DNA of 64,000 nucleotides from Tubiluchus corallicola (Eukaryota; Animalia; Priapulida). The notes below the pieces were generated by a model. That model was given only the letters and a program-made list of their open reading frames with translations, ran no database searches and was not told where the DNA came from. A program made the translations under genes and the position numbers. Where the stretch lies: positions 8,575 through 72,574 of the forward strand of contig JAQGDQ010000989.1 in assembly GCA_030141605.1 (NCBI GenBank). Direction: 5' to 3'. Shown here piece after piece: positions 23,650 through 36,547 of the stretch; position 1 is the first letter of the stretch, and each line of letters opens with the position of its first letter.

Positions 23650-26600
23650 TAAACAGTAAAAGCATTTGGCTTTTGCACTCTGCTGATAAAATGCAATGTT
23701 TCCTCTGTATGAAAATGCAAATCTTGCAAAAAATGAGTGACAGCTGAAATCATTACATGTCGTATAACAGCAAAATTCTGCAAGCATAAATTTAACAATC
23801 TCGAGGAAATCCAAAGTTAGAAACATAACACTTCTGCAAAAAAATTATATTGTAGTGTTGATACAAGTTCACTAAATTTTAACTAACGTAAAACGTTTCG
23901 GTTTGGAAGGGTGAACATTCTTAATCTACTTCAAACATTGGACAAGCAGAATTTTAATACAAAAAATTTGCCTTCAAGACAAGCAGACAAAGCAGTTCTA
24001 GTCCAGCGAATAGTACACACTACTATGCGAGTGACTTGTCCCACTATTTCCTTTGCCACGCTGTGATTTTGATAACTTTGAGAACATTCTACATGATTTA
24101 TCTGCAGAATCATGTTCAATAACCATATTTATGAAAATAGTTTCTGGCGCACGTCAAAATTAGTGAACTAGATATCGATACCAAAAAATAAAGAAATAGC
24201 ATTTTACACTTTTTCAAAAGACACAAAACATTTTTAGCTGACGTCTAATAAAATTGGTTTGATAAAACTTCTGTTAACATTTATTTGCAATTTTTGCAAA
24301 GTTATGAAAATATAAAATAGAATTATAAAAAAATAACCACCAGCAACTACATAAAAATGGAGCAGCAGAAAGGGGCATATGAAAGATCATAATTTACCAA
24401 ATGGAGCAGCAGAAAGGGGCATATGAAAGATCATATTTTACCCACTAAGTCAGTTAAATAAGTTTCTTGCATAAACCAGTCAGTCGCTGGCCCACTTCCA
24501 TTCACTGTCATTGCAGAAATCCGTACCTGATATTCAGTGTTGTGTAGTAACCCTGAAATATTACCAAAAAACAAAATTATAGACTACAAATGTCAGATAT
24601 AAAAAATCAATTTAAAATACTACATGAGCTACAATGTATGTGGCAAAAAATGAGTGGCTTAATTATTAGCAGTATTGATATGTTTACAAAGTGTGTGTGT
24701 CTCAGTTTTCTCTGTTAGACCATAAATTTTTTCCAAGAAGCAGTTCATTCACAATTTCTAACTTTACAATTAGCTCTGTTTGCAGGGAATGCAAAAATTA
24801 ACCATTTAACTTATTTTTATAATCAATGGCTTTTTGTCACAAAAAATTAAATTAGCTGTCATCACCTTTTAACACATAAAATCTTCTGTTGCCATCAGTT
24901 GCAACTGTTGTGCCCTTATGTCCCGTTCTCTTGTAGCGTATTTTATAACCAGTTATGACTCCATTTCGTGTACCTGCTGGGGGTGGTTCCCATGCTACAA
25001 CTATACTAGATGAACAGGCAGTTTCCAATATTACATTTTGAGGTGTATCGCTTGGCTCTGAAATAATCGTCAAAATGTTCTTTTAATCACAGAAAGTTGC
25101 TTAGCTGAATAACATTATGGTTAAATGTATTTATAAATGTTTGCACTTAAGTGTCGTCATGACAACAGTATTACTTGATAAAAAAAATTATTTTTCAACC
25201 AAGTTGCTGCATACATGCTGTTAGCATCAAATTACAACAATCCCAAACGAGCTAAAAGGCTGCTTAAGTATACACAGTTTATCTTCAATAGTGGTACAAA
25301 TCTAAACACATCTTCTGACGTGAGATAATAGATAATCACTTACTGTCAGAGAATGTTCGAGCTATGACATCATCGGAACTTAGTCCGATACCATTTTCAT
25401 TGGAAGACATTATGCGGAAGCTGTACTCTGTGTAAGCTTTCATGTCTAGAAACATGTGTTGATTTTCTACTACATCGACAACTTTTTCATTGGATGGACA
25501 AAGTCCCACTTCAAAGTATGAGATACGATAGCCAGTCACAGGTGTGTTGGTATGACTGGGTGGCTCCCAAGTCAATTCCATAGAATAAGGTGAAGTTGGT
25601 TGAGTTTTCACATCTTGAGGTGGTCCAGGAACATGCACTAGAAAATTTAAAATTAAAATAGGTAACTTACACTCTTCAAAAAAAAAACACTGAAGTATGC
25701 ATCTATGAAGAAATTTACGAAGTTCCTAAGTTTAACAATTTTCTCAAAGAGAAAGTAACTTACACTCACATACTTTCATTTTTAGGGACTTGTTTCTCTG
25801 CGATAACTGATTTGACAAAACTTCAAGCAACAATTAGAAGACTACAGAAAATAATCTCCTATTTCATAATAGTGAAATAATTCCAAACCACACCTGCGCA
25901 ACAGAAAGCATAACATATCGCTGTTAAGTGGCAAATCTACAACTACTTGAAATGAATTTTTGAAAGAAATATCATCTGAAAGATCTCAATTCCATCAAGT
26001 CAACAAGTGCCCAAGAAACAGTAAAAGCATTTGGCTTTTGCACTCTGCTGATAAAACTCAATGTTTCCTCTGTATGAAAATGCAAATCTTGCAAAAAATG
26101 AGTGACAGCTGAAATCATTACATGTCGTATAACAGCAAAATTCCGCAAGCATAAATTAACAATCTCGAGGAAATCCACAGGTAGAAACATAACACTTCTG
26201 CAAAAAAATTATATTGTAGTGTTGATACAAGCTCACTAAATTTTAACTCATGTAAAACGTTTCTGTTTGGAAGGGTGAACATTCTTAATCTACTTCAAAC
26301 ATTGGACAAGCAGAATTTTAATACAAAAAATTTGCCTTCAAGACAAGCAGACAAAGCAGTTCTAGTCCAGCAAATAGTACACACTACTATGCGAGTGACT
26401 TGTCCCACTCTTTCCTTTGGCAAGCTGTGATGTTGATAACTTTGAGAACATTCTACATGATTTATCTGCAGAATCATGTTCAATAACCATATTTATGAAA
26501 ATAGTTTCTGGCGCACGTCAAAATTAGTGAACTAGATATCGATACCAAAAAATAAAGAAATAGCATTTTACACTTTTTCAAAAGACACAAAACATTTTTT

Positions 26601-28760
26601 AGCTGACGTCTATTAAAATTTGTTTGATAAATCTTCTGTTAACATTTATTGCAACTTTTACAAATTTATGAAAATGTAAAATAGAATTATGAAAAAATAA
26701 CCACCAGCAACTGCAAAAAATGGAGCAGCAGAAAGGGGCATATGAAAGAAAATAATTTACCATCTAAGTCAGTTAAATAAGTTTCTTGCATAAACCAGTC
26801 AGTCGCTGGCCCACTTCCATTCACTGTCATTGCAGAAATCCGTACCTGATATTCAGTGTTGTGTAGTAACCCTGAAATATTACCGAAAAACAAAATTATA
26901 GACTACAAATGTCAGATATAAAAAATCAATTTAAAATACTATATGAGCTACAAAGTATGTGGCGAAAAATGAGTGGCTTAATTATTAATAGTATTGATAT
27001 GTTTACAAAACGTGTGTGTCTTAGTTTTCTCTGTTAGACCATAAAATTTTTCCAAGAAGCAGTTCATTCACAATTTCTAACTTTACAATTAGCTCTGTTT
27101 GCAGGGAATGCAAAAATTAACCATTTAACTTATTTTTATAATCAATGGCTTTTTGTCACAAAAAATTAAATTAGCTGTCATCACCTTCTAACACATAAAT
27201 TCTCTTGTTGCCATCAGTTGTAACTGTTGTGCCCTCATGTCCCATTCTCTTGTAGCGTATTTTATAACCAGTTATGACTCCATTTCGTGTACCTGCTGGG
27301 GGTGGTTCCCATGCTACAACTATACTAGATGAAGAGGCAGATTCCAATGTTACATTTTGAGGTGTATCGCTTGGCTCTGAAATAAGCGTCAAAATTTTCT
27401 TCTAATCACAGAACGAAGCTTAGCTGAAAAACATTATGGTTAAATGTATTTATAAATGTTTGCATTTAAGTGTCGTCATGACAACAGTATTACTTGATAA
27501 AAAAATTATTTTTCAACCAAGTTGCTGCATACATGCTGTTAGCATCAAATTACAACAATCCCAAACGAGCTAAAAGGCTGCTTAAGTATACACTGTTTAT
27601 CTTCAATAGTGGTACAAATCTAAACACATTCTCTGACGTGATATAATAGATAATCACTTACTGTCAGAGTATGTTCGAGCTATGACAGCATCGGAACTTA
27701 GTCCGATACCATTTTCATTGGAAGACATTATGCGGAAGATGTACTCTGTGTAAGCTTTCATGTCTAGAAACATGTGTTGATTTTCTACTACGTCGACAAC
27801 TTTTTCATTGGATGAACCAAGTGCCACTTCAAAGTATGAGATACGATAGCCAGTCACAGGTGTGTTGGTATGACTGGGTGGCTCCCAAGTCAATTCCATA
27901 GAATAAGGTGAAGTTGGTTGAGTTTTCACATCGTGAGGTGGTCCAGGAACATGCACTAGAAAATTTAAAATTAAAATAGGTAACTTACACTCTTCAAAAA
28001 AAAAAAACACTGAAGTATGCATCTATCAAGAAATTTACAAAGTTTAACAATTTTCTCAAAGCGAAAGTAACTTACACTCACATACTTTCATTTTTAGGGA
28101 TTTGTTTTTCTGCGATAACTGATTTGACAAAACTTCAAACAGCAATTAGAAGACTACAGGAAATAAATCTCACATTTCATAATAGTGAAATAATTCCAAA
28201 CCACACATGTGCAACAGAAAACATAACATATCGCTGTTAAGTAGCAAATCTACAACTACTTGAAATGAATTTTTGAAAGAAATATCAACTGAAAGATCCC
28301 AATTCCATCAAGTCAACAAATGCCCAAGAAACAGTAAAAGCATTTGACTTTTGCACTCTGCTGATAAAACGCAATGTTTCCTCTGTATGAAAATGCAAAT
28401 CTTGCAAAAAATGAGTGACAGCTGAAATCATTACATGTCGTATAACAGCAAAATTCTGCAAGCATAAATTTAACAATCTCGAGGAAATCCAAAGTTAGAA
28501 ACATAACACTTCTGCAAAAGAATTATATTGTAGTGTTGATACAAGCTCACTAAATTTTAACTAACGGTTTGGAAGGGTGAACATTCTTAATCTACTTCAA
28601 ACATTGGATAAGCAGAATTTTAATACAAAAAATTTGCCTTCAAGACAAGCAGACAAAGCAGTTCTAGTCCATTCAATAACCATATTTATGAAAATAGTTT
28701 CTGGCGCACGTCAAAATTAGTGAACTAGATATCGATACCAAAAAATAAAGAAATAGTATT
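23650..28760. repeat. ~2.3-kb tandem duplication (about 2.2 units) carrying FN3 exons
   Basis: Intron block AAACAGTAAAAGCATTTG...AAAATAAAGAAATAG recurs at ~23650, ~26015 and ~28330. Exon triplets are offset by ~2318 bp. Confidence 0.9.
24442..27955 (-). CDS. Neogenin/DCC/frazzled-like FN3 repeats 2 and 3, present twice (gene fragment)
   Basis: Open phase-1 exons 27955-27662, 27376-27185, 26871-26761 and copies 25637-25344, 25057-24866, 24552-24442. [36 protein letters not shown] and [15 protein letters not shown] match neogenin FN2/FN3. Confidence 0.8.
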
Positions 28761-29238
28761 TTACCCAAAATGGTAGTATTAACAAGAATAAAGTAAATTT
28801 TGGATTCATGCTTTATTTAATCGAGAGATGATGACCAGAAGTTTAAAGAAAAAAATAAAATAAGCATAGATAAAATCGGCCATAAATCTAAAGCCAGATC
28901 TAATAAACACCCATATCCAACATCAAACATCGACCTAAGTCTTTAAGTAATTCAGAAAACGTTACAAAGCTATGTGAGATAAATGACACACAACTGCGAC
29001 GTGCATTTAGTTTTTTTCAGAGCACCACATGTGACAATACATAGCATTCATACAAAAAGCCAAATAATAAGAAATCAAATTCAAGAAAGCATGAAACAGT
29101 CTGTAAAACGCCCAGTACACCACACTTAAAAACCAATCCAATAGCACATATGCGCACCAGCACACCAAGCCAAACCAGTAAATTTTAGACTAAAAATTAA
29201 AAAAAAAGTAAGTTGCAACAAGGCTTCGAAAACCATAC

Positions 29239-30455
29239 CTTCTGGAGTCCTATAAATGACTGTAGGCGAGTTAGGCCCATAACCCTTTTTATTTCTGGCT
29301 TGCATACGAAAATAGTATATTGTATCGGGTGTTAAGCTATCTATAACTTTGGTCAATGTATTGTGGATGACGCCTTCAACCAGCCATTCTCGATCAGGCT
29401 TTGTGTTATCAGTAGAATAAAATATCAAGTAACCTGAAAGATGAATCACCAGAACGTTAAGTGAAAAATGCCATAATATCATCAAAATAAGAAATTTTTT
29501 GATAAACGTATTCAATCAATGCTAGGAAATTTCGGAGCTCACAAAATCTTGTGCTACTGCAAAACTCAGCATTAGCATGAATGAACCACTAAAATGCTAT
29601 ACAAACCTGTAATTTTTCCATTGGGAATTTTTGGTGGTTGCCAGTTAAGTCTGACTTCTGTTGGCTTGCCTTCCACAGGGACAATGGTAATATTACGCGG
29701 AGCACTACCAGGAGCTAAATAAATCAACAAATAAAATTGAAAATATTACCAGTCATTTCTTAATCTTCAAAGTGGCTTTTTGTAGCAGTTCCTGTGATTG
29801 ACAATGAGTGATAATGTTTTTGCTTAATGAAAAGCACTGTGTCTATGTTATTTAAGAAACAATTATGCAGATCTAGTAGAATAATGACAAGTTTATATAC
29901 CATCTTCATCTGTTTTGTTGTTGATGACCATGCTGTACAGAGATTCGCTTCGACCTTTGTGGGCCTTCACAGAAAATTCGTACCAGGTATTTGGTGTCAG
30001 GCCATCTATCATGACAATCAAGTCGGTAGAGTTTAGATACCTGAACCTTGACCCCCCTAAAAACAAGTTTTCACACATAAGATCTAATTTTAATATCAAC
30101 CACACCAAAACATTAGCAAGTGAAGATGTAAACGAAAAAATAAAGAGTAGAAACTGTAACACAAATATAAACGAATTATTCTAATTTTCCTAATCAAAAG
30201 ATAAAATAAGCAGCAATACACTGATTGTAAATGAGTATGAGAAAAAAGCAATAATCAGCTAGTCAGAGATGGTTCCTAAGAATTAATCAACTGCCAAGAT
30301 TAGTAAATAAACCTATTTACCAGTTCTGTATCGCACAGTGTAGTAGCCATTGTCAGTTGCATGCTGAGATTTCGGAAGAGCGGGATCATTCCATGTCAAC
30401 ACCATCGTAGTGGACGATAGGACCATAGTACGAAGGCCTTGTGGCGGATCTAGCT
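29239..30455 (-). CDS. Neogenin/DCC/frazzled-like FN3 repeats 5 and 6 (gene fragment)
   Basis: Open phase-1 exons 30455-30321, 30056-29901, 29714-29607, 29433-29239. LPKSQHATDNGYYTVRY, PNTWYEFSVKAHKGRSES, EGKPTEVRLNWQPP..NGKITGYLIFYSTD and YYFRMQARNKKGYGP match neogenin FN5/FN6. Confidence 0.85.
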
Positions 30456-30457
30456 CT

Positions 30458-32650
30458 ACATAGACATAGACATTTTTATTTATCTCCTCATTTACACCTA
30501 TATACAAATTAACTATTTTTTTTAGTTATTGATTAAAAAGGATAAATTAAGCATAAAGGAAAGAGTTAAGGGGGGAAGGAGAAAGGGTAGCGAAAGACCA
30601 ATTGGTCATCGAGTCAGCTACCCTTCTCAGGCTAGTGAAAATTGTGAAAAATTTGTGGTGCTGCTGTTAACATGAATTTATGGGGTGATACATTAAACAT
30701 GAAAGCGAAATAACTACCGTAAGACGGGGTGAGTTCGCCACTTTTTAGGGGCATTTTTTACGTTTCCTGCCATAGCAAGAGAATTACCCAACCGATTTTC
30801 TTAGTTCACGCTTTATATTGCCTTTCGAATGAAACACTATCGTGGGGTGAATTCGACACTAACAATTTAACACTGTTTAATGCCATTCTAGGCAGCTGAA
30901 GTTAACTGGTTGAGATTGGCTGGTTGGGGGTGAGTTCGCCACCCTATGAAAAAATTATGAAAAATATCTAGTTTTAGCCGAATTATTGAAAATGTTCGAT
31001 GGTGGGACGTTTTCAATAAGGGGCCCTACGTTGCCAAGGAAGGCTTGAACGTCTTGTGCACTGATCTTATCGCGGGCGCCCTTGATGTTGCCAGCCACTC
31101 TGAAAACCAGATTGTTCCTTCGGGCGAATGATTTGACAAAGTCTATTCCAGGGGTGTTTGCCTTGAATCGTCGTTCCTGGATTCCCTTCGCGTCAAGAAC
31201 ACTCTTAATCAGTAGTCGGAGATCGATGGCTGTCATTGGGAACCCCACTCAGCGGCCACTTGGAGTGTTGGCGATTTCGTGCTTCTCGGCGGCGGAGAAC
31301 ACTGGCTGACCTCCGGTCTTCCGCGGATGACTTCCTGAGAGTTTGTCAGAAAGGGTCTTTCTTGGAACTCCGAATTGCCTCGCCGCTGCGCTGATTGTCC
31401 TGTTGGTATTCTTGACGGCATGTAAGGCAGCTTCCAGAGCTTCTGGGGTATAATTTTGGTATCTATAACCCGGTACAGGGGTGCAGGTGCGTGGCGTGTT
31501 AAGTAGCAAGAAATAGTAGACAAATAATATGTAGCGCAGAATGGAATACTTCTAGTGCGAATTGAAAGAAGATAACTGTCCCAAACTGCATATAATGACG
31601 GTGATCATGATATCTGTTCATTAAACACTGAACAATAGTTACAGCAAACCTATAATGGCCATTACGTAAGGGGTGGCGAACTCACCCTCGGGTGGCGAAC
31701 TCACCCCGTTTTACGGTAAGTAAACTATGCAACAAAGAAATAAAATGAAAAATATGAAATGATGATTAACAAAATATGTAAAGCATTTAACTAACCGAAT
31801 AAAACAAAAAAACTAGAAAAAAGTCAAACCAAAAAAAAACAAAAAAAAACATAAATAATAAATTAAAAGAAAAAAATATGTATAATAAACTCAAACAAAA
31901 TATAATGAAGCAAAGATATGCAATCGTGTCAAATTAAGTGTAATGATAAAATACTATGCAATGCAAGAACTAGTGCAGAAAAATGGAGCAAACAAAATAT
32001 GTAGTGAAATTTGAGTATGTGACTAAATAGACAATATGGCTCAAAAAATATAATAAAAACTTAATGATAACTGTGAAACAATGAGCAAAATAATCATAAT
32101 AAAGTGAATATATATGAAGTGAGAAAAGCATAATATGGAAGTAAAAACATAATTGGAGCAGGCACAGTTATAAAAATTAAGTATGAGAAAAACTGTTGTA
32201 GTTGCTTGATTTGTTTGAAGATTATTGTTTACCTCCCCTTTTCATAGTTGTGAAGAAATAATAACAATTTTACACTTTGATGAGAAGATGTACTATGGTA
32301 ATATAATTATAGTTAATATATTAGCTCAAGGGTAATACATTAACACTAACAGGGAAGATTTATCAGATTTGATCTTAGCAGAAAAGTCACACATGGTAAT
32401 TAGAAATAAGAAGGGTCAATATCTAGCTACAACTGGCTCAATATCAATTGGCTTCAAAGTCTTTACTGTCTCGTTTTTGGGAGGTCTTAAATCTAAAGGC
32501 AAACTCGTGATATCAATGTTTCTCATCCTTCGATACATTAACAAACGTATAATTCTTGATTCCGGACACAGTCCATTGATTCCGCACCCAATCGTTTCGC
32601 TAATCACCGAACTTTTAATTACCAGTACCTCGGTCTCTCTAGCAATAGTT
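30458..32650 (-). mobile_element. Probable 3' part of a non-LTR retrotransposon, interrupted by the pogo element
   Basis: On the - strand: broken coding-like tract, long T-rich 3'UTR-like tract, stem GAGAAGGGTAGC..GCTACCCTTTCTC (30580-30628), then AATAAAAATG-TCTATG-TCTATG tail. No RT motif was read. Confidence 0.35.
30717..31716 (-). mobile_element. Internally deleted pogo/Tigger-like (Tc1-mariner) DNA transposon
   Basis: TIR CCGTAA(G/A)ACGGGGTGAGTTCGCCAC at both ends with TA TSD. Disrupted HTH_psq/CENP-B-type DNA-binding region (YTPEALEAALHAV..ISAAARQFGVPRKTL; WGFPMT..PGIDFVKSFARRN). No DDE domain. Confidence 0.9.
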
Positions 32651-32916
32651 ATAAACTAATCATAGTGCACAAACTGTTTTTTTACAAAATGATATAGCTG
32701 TAACCGAATCCTAACATAACCTGAATCAAACCAGCCACTCATTAGAAAGCATTTTAGGTAGCGAACTCAACTGAAGGTTGACCTCTATGGTATCAACAGA
32801 CTAAGAACAACTGAATTAAGGGTCCAAATGGTCTTGAAACACGACGAGCATTTTCGATACCAGGAATGCCTTAGGACGAGCAGCTAGCGGGGAGCTACAC
32901 ACCAGCTGACTTCGAG

Positions 32917-34516
32917 GTCAGTGGGTTCAGTAACCAATGGAACCTCACAGCGATCGTCAGTGGGCTCAGTAACCAATGGAACCTCACAGCGATCGTCAGT
33001 GGGCTCAGTAACCAATGGAACCTCACAGCGATCGTCAGTGGGCTCAGTAACCAATGGAACCTCACAGCGATCGTCAGTGGGCTCAGTAACCAATGGAACC
33101 TCACAGCGATCGTCAGTGGGCTCAGTAACCAATGGAACCTCACAGCGATCGTCAGTGAGCTCAGTAACCAATGGAACCTCACAGCGATCGTCAGTGGGCT
33201 CAGTAACCAATGGAACCTCACAGCGATCGTCAGTGGGCTCAGTAACCAATGGAACCTCACAGCGATCGTCAGTGGGCTCAGTAATCAATGGAACCTCACA
33301 GCGATCGTCAGTGGGCTCAGTAACCAATGGAACCTCACAGCGATCGTCAGTGGGCTCAGTAACCAATGGAACCTCACAGCGATCGTCAGTGGGCTCAGTA
33401 ACCAATGGAACCTCACAGCGATCGTCAGTGAGCTCAGTAACCAATGGAACCTCACAGCGATCGTCAGTGAGCTCAGTAACCAATGGAACCTCACAGCGAT
33501 CGTCAGTGAGCTCAGTAACCAATGGAACCTCACAGCGATCGTCAGTGGGCTCAGTAACCAATGGAACCTCACAGCGATCGTCAGTGGGCTCAGTAACCAA
33601 TGGAACCTCACAGCGATCGTCAGTGGGCTCAGTAACCAATGGAACCTCACAGCGATCGTCAGTGAGCTCAGTAACCAATGGAACCTCACAGCGATCGTCA
33701 GTGGGCTCAGTAACCAATGGAACCTCACAGCGATCGTCAGTGGGCTCAGTAATCAATGGAACCTCACAGCGATCGTCAGTGGGCTCAGTAACCAATGGAA
33801 CCTCATCACAGCGATCGTCAGTGAGCTCAGTAACCAAAGGAACCTCACAGCGATCGTCAGTGGGCTCAGTAACCAATGGAACCTCACAGCGATCGTCAGT
33901 GAGCTCAGTAACCAATGGAACCTCACAGCGATCGTCAGTGAGCTCAGTAACCAATGGAACCTCACAGCGATCGTCAGTGGGCTCAGTAACCAATGGAACC
34001 TCACAGCGATCGTCAGTGGGCTCAGTAACCAATGGAACATCACAGCAATCGTCAGTGGGCTCAGTAACCAATGGAACCTCACAGCGATCGTCAGTGGGCT
34101 CAGTAACCAATGGAACCTCACAGCGATCGTCAGTGGGCTCAGTAACCAATGGAACCTCACAGCTATCGTCAGTGAGCTCAGTAACCAATGGAACCTCACA
34201 GCGATCGTCAGTGGGCTCAGTAACCAATGGAACCTCACAGCGATCGTCAGTGGGCTCAGTAACCAGTGGAACCTCACAGCGATCGTCAGTGAGCTCAGTA
34301 ACCAATGGAACCTCACAGCGATCGTCAGTGGGCTCAGTAACCAATGGAACCTCACAGCGATCGTCAGTGGGCTCAGTAATCAATGGAACCTCACAGCGAT
34401 CGTCAGTGGGCTCAGTAACCAATGGAACATCACAGCAATCGTCAGTGGGCTCAGTAACCAATGGAACCTCACAGCGATCGTCAGTGGGGTCAGTAACCAA
34501 TGGAACCTCACAGCGA
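32917..34516. repeat. 39-bp minisatellite, about 41 copies
   Basis: Unit GTCAGTGGGCTCAGTAACCAATGGAACCTCACAGCGATC; highly homogeneous. It produces the 538- and 589-aa repeat ORFs. Confidence 0.97.
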
Positions 34517-35129
34517 ACAGCAGAACCTATGCGTTGCAGACGTATGCGCTCTTATGAGACTCTACGGCTTTTTATTGCTACGATAGAAAATCAGCATGAA
34601 TATGAAATCACCTTCATTAAAGGAAAGGCCAAACATTCTGAAAAGTTAAGCTTTTATTTCGATACTGACGAAAATGTTAGAAAGACTTAGTAAAAAACGC
34701 AACAAGTGTTTTGTGTAATTAGTAATTTCATGCTTGGGCACTCCCATTTTGAATGACTGAGGAAACCCACTGCACTGTCAATTTGTGTCAAAGGCATATG
34801 AGGTATATAAGAAGTTTTTACAAAAAATATTTGTACGTGAACACTAGATAAGCTGCAGTGTGATTTCTAAAACTCTGGATAACAGCTTTATAAGAAGCAC
34901 TTTCAGCGTGCATAGCGTGCAGCTACAATACAGGTGCGCATATTAGGGTGCACATATTATAACTTTTTTCTCCAATCTTTTTACAACTTTTCCTACTTTG
35001 GAGGTTTGATGAGATACTACCATGGGTAAATTTTCAGCTAGATTAAGCTTTGGGAACACGTGTCTCCACTTATGTTAAGATTTCGGAATGATGCTCATTT
35101 TTGTAGTAATTTGACAAACTTTAGAAACT

Positions 35130-36365
35130 ATTATGTCCACTCCACTGACCTAGCAATTTTCACCAAATAGTTTGCAATGATTAATAGTTATCGCACATAA
35201 AACTGTGACAGTTTTGCGTGATAGGAAGTTGCATCTGCAAAATTTAAAAATGTGTGTATTTTATACATATATTGCCATATGTTAACTAATGCTTTTAAAA
35301 TTACGCCTATATTAATTTTTCAAAAAGCTGCTACATTGGAATGTAAGCCCTATTTGTTTTAAAAATCAATAACACTACCTTGCATTGTTTATTTGGCATT
35401 GTGATTTTTTAAATAAACTTGAATGCAACAACTGGCCAAACAAGTTACTCAAACCGTGCAGGTTCTTAGTCTTCTGACCCGCACTGGAGTCCACCACATG
35501 CTGTTAAGACAAACTCATTGAAACAGAATCATGTTCAAATTAATAACACTTAGTCCTGACTCATGTGCCTCCATAACGATTTTTGATGAGATGAGATATT
35601 ACTCAAGGTTAAAGGTGTTGCAGTAGTAACTTGTTCATGTGTAGCGTACAAACTGATCACTGAACTGGCCTGCTTATAGTAAATGTATGTCTATTCTGTT
35701 TTTCCAGTGTTTCCATTAGTCCCATCACATCATACAACTCTGAGGTGGTGAAAGAAGATGCCTTTCTTTATCAAGTAATCCCTCATCTCATCGAAAACAT
35801 ATACAGTTAATACATCTTGTGCTACAATCTCTTCTGCTATGCAACAAATCTGCGTTCTGGATCCTTCTCTGACAGGGCCTCCATCTTGAATTGATAGTAC
35901 AGTAGATCATTTCCAAGTGATGGCAACAGATTATTTGGTAGCTTAGTAGGATAGCCGTATGGCTTGCTGCTAACTATTCTAGAGTTTGTGATTCACAAAA
36001 TGTAAAAATAAACGGTTTCTAAAATGAATTTTTCTAGAGAAATAGCTGTTGAACAATGTGAACATTTTCAATTGATATTATAAAGAAATCACAATGCCAA
36101 ATAAACAATGCAAGGTAGTGTTATTGTTTTTTAGAACAAATAGGGGCTTACATTCCAATGTAGCAGCTTTTTGAAAAATTCACACAGGCGTAATTTAAAA
36201 GCATTATTTAACATATGGCAATATATGTATAAAATACACACATTTTTAAATTTTGCAGATACAACTTCCTATCATGCAAAACTGTCACAGTTCCATGTGC
36301 GATAACTATTAATGATTGCACACTATTGGTGAATATTGCTAGCTCAGTCGAGTGTTTATAATAGT
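35130..36365. mobile_element. Two inverted copies of a MITE-like arm (~35130-35411 and ~36080-36365) around a ~670-bp spacer
   Basis: TTGCATTGTTTATTTGGCATTGTGATTT versus AAATCACAATGCCAAATAAACAATGCAA, with complementarity continuing for ~280 bp. Confidence 0.75.
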
Positions 36366-36367
36366 TA

Positions 36368-36402
<35 letters not shown>

Positions 36403-36547
36403 CTATATTTATATATATATATAAATATATATATAATGTTAACGCTTAAGCTTATGTCTCATCAATTAAGAACGTGGTTTGCATCAAACCAAAATAACAT
36501 TTCTCCACCTGTTCGGCAATGGTCACTGCGGGCCATTTCATTACTAG
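36366..36547 (+). mobile_element. Short non-autonomous Helitron-like element
   Basis: (TA)n head, subterminal hairpin AATGGTC..GGCCATT, and a 3' CTAG followed by T. Confidence 0.45.

Noticed and set aside
32884-34690. 538-aa and 589-aa ORFs as genuine genes
   Set aside because: They are translations of a 39-bp tandem repeat with non-ATG starts; kept only as a low-interest finding.
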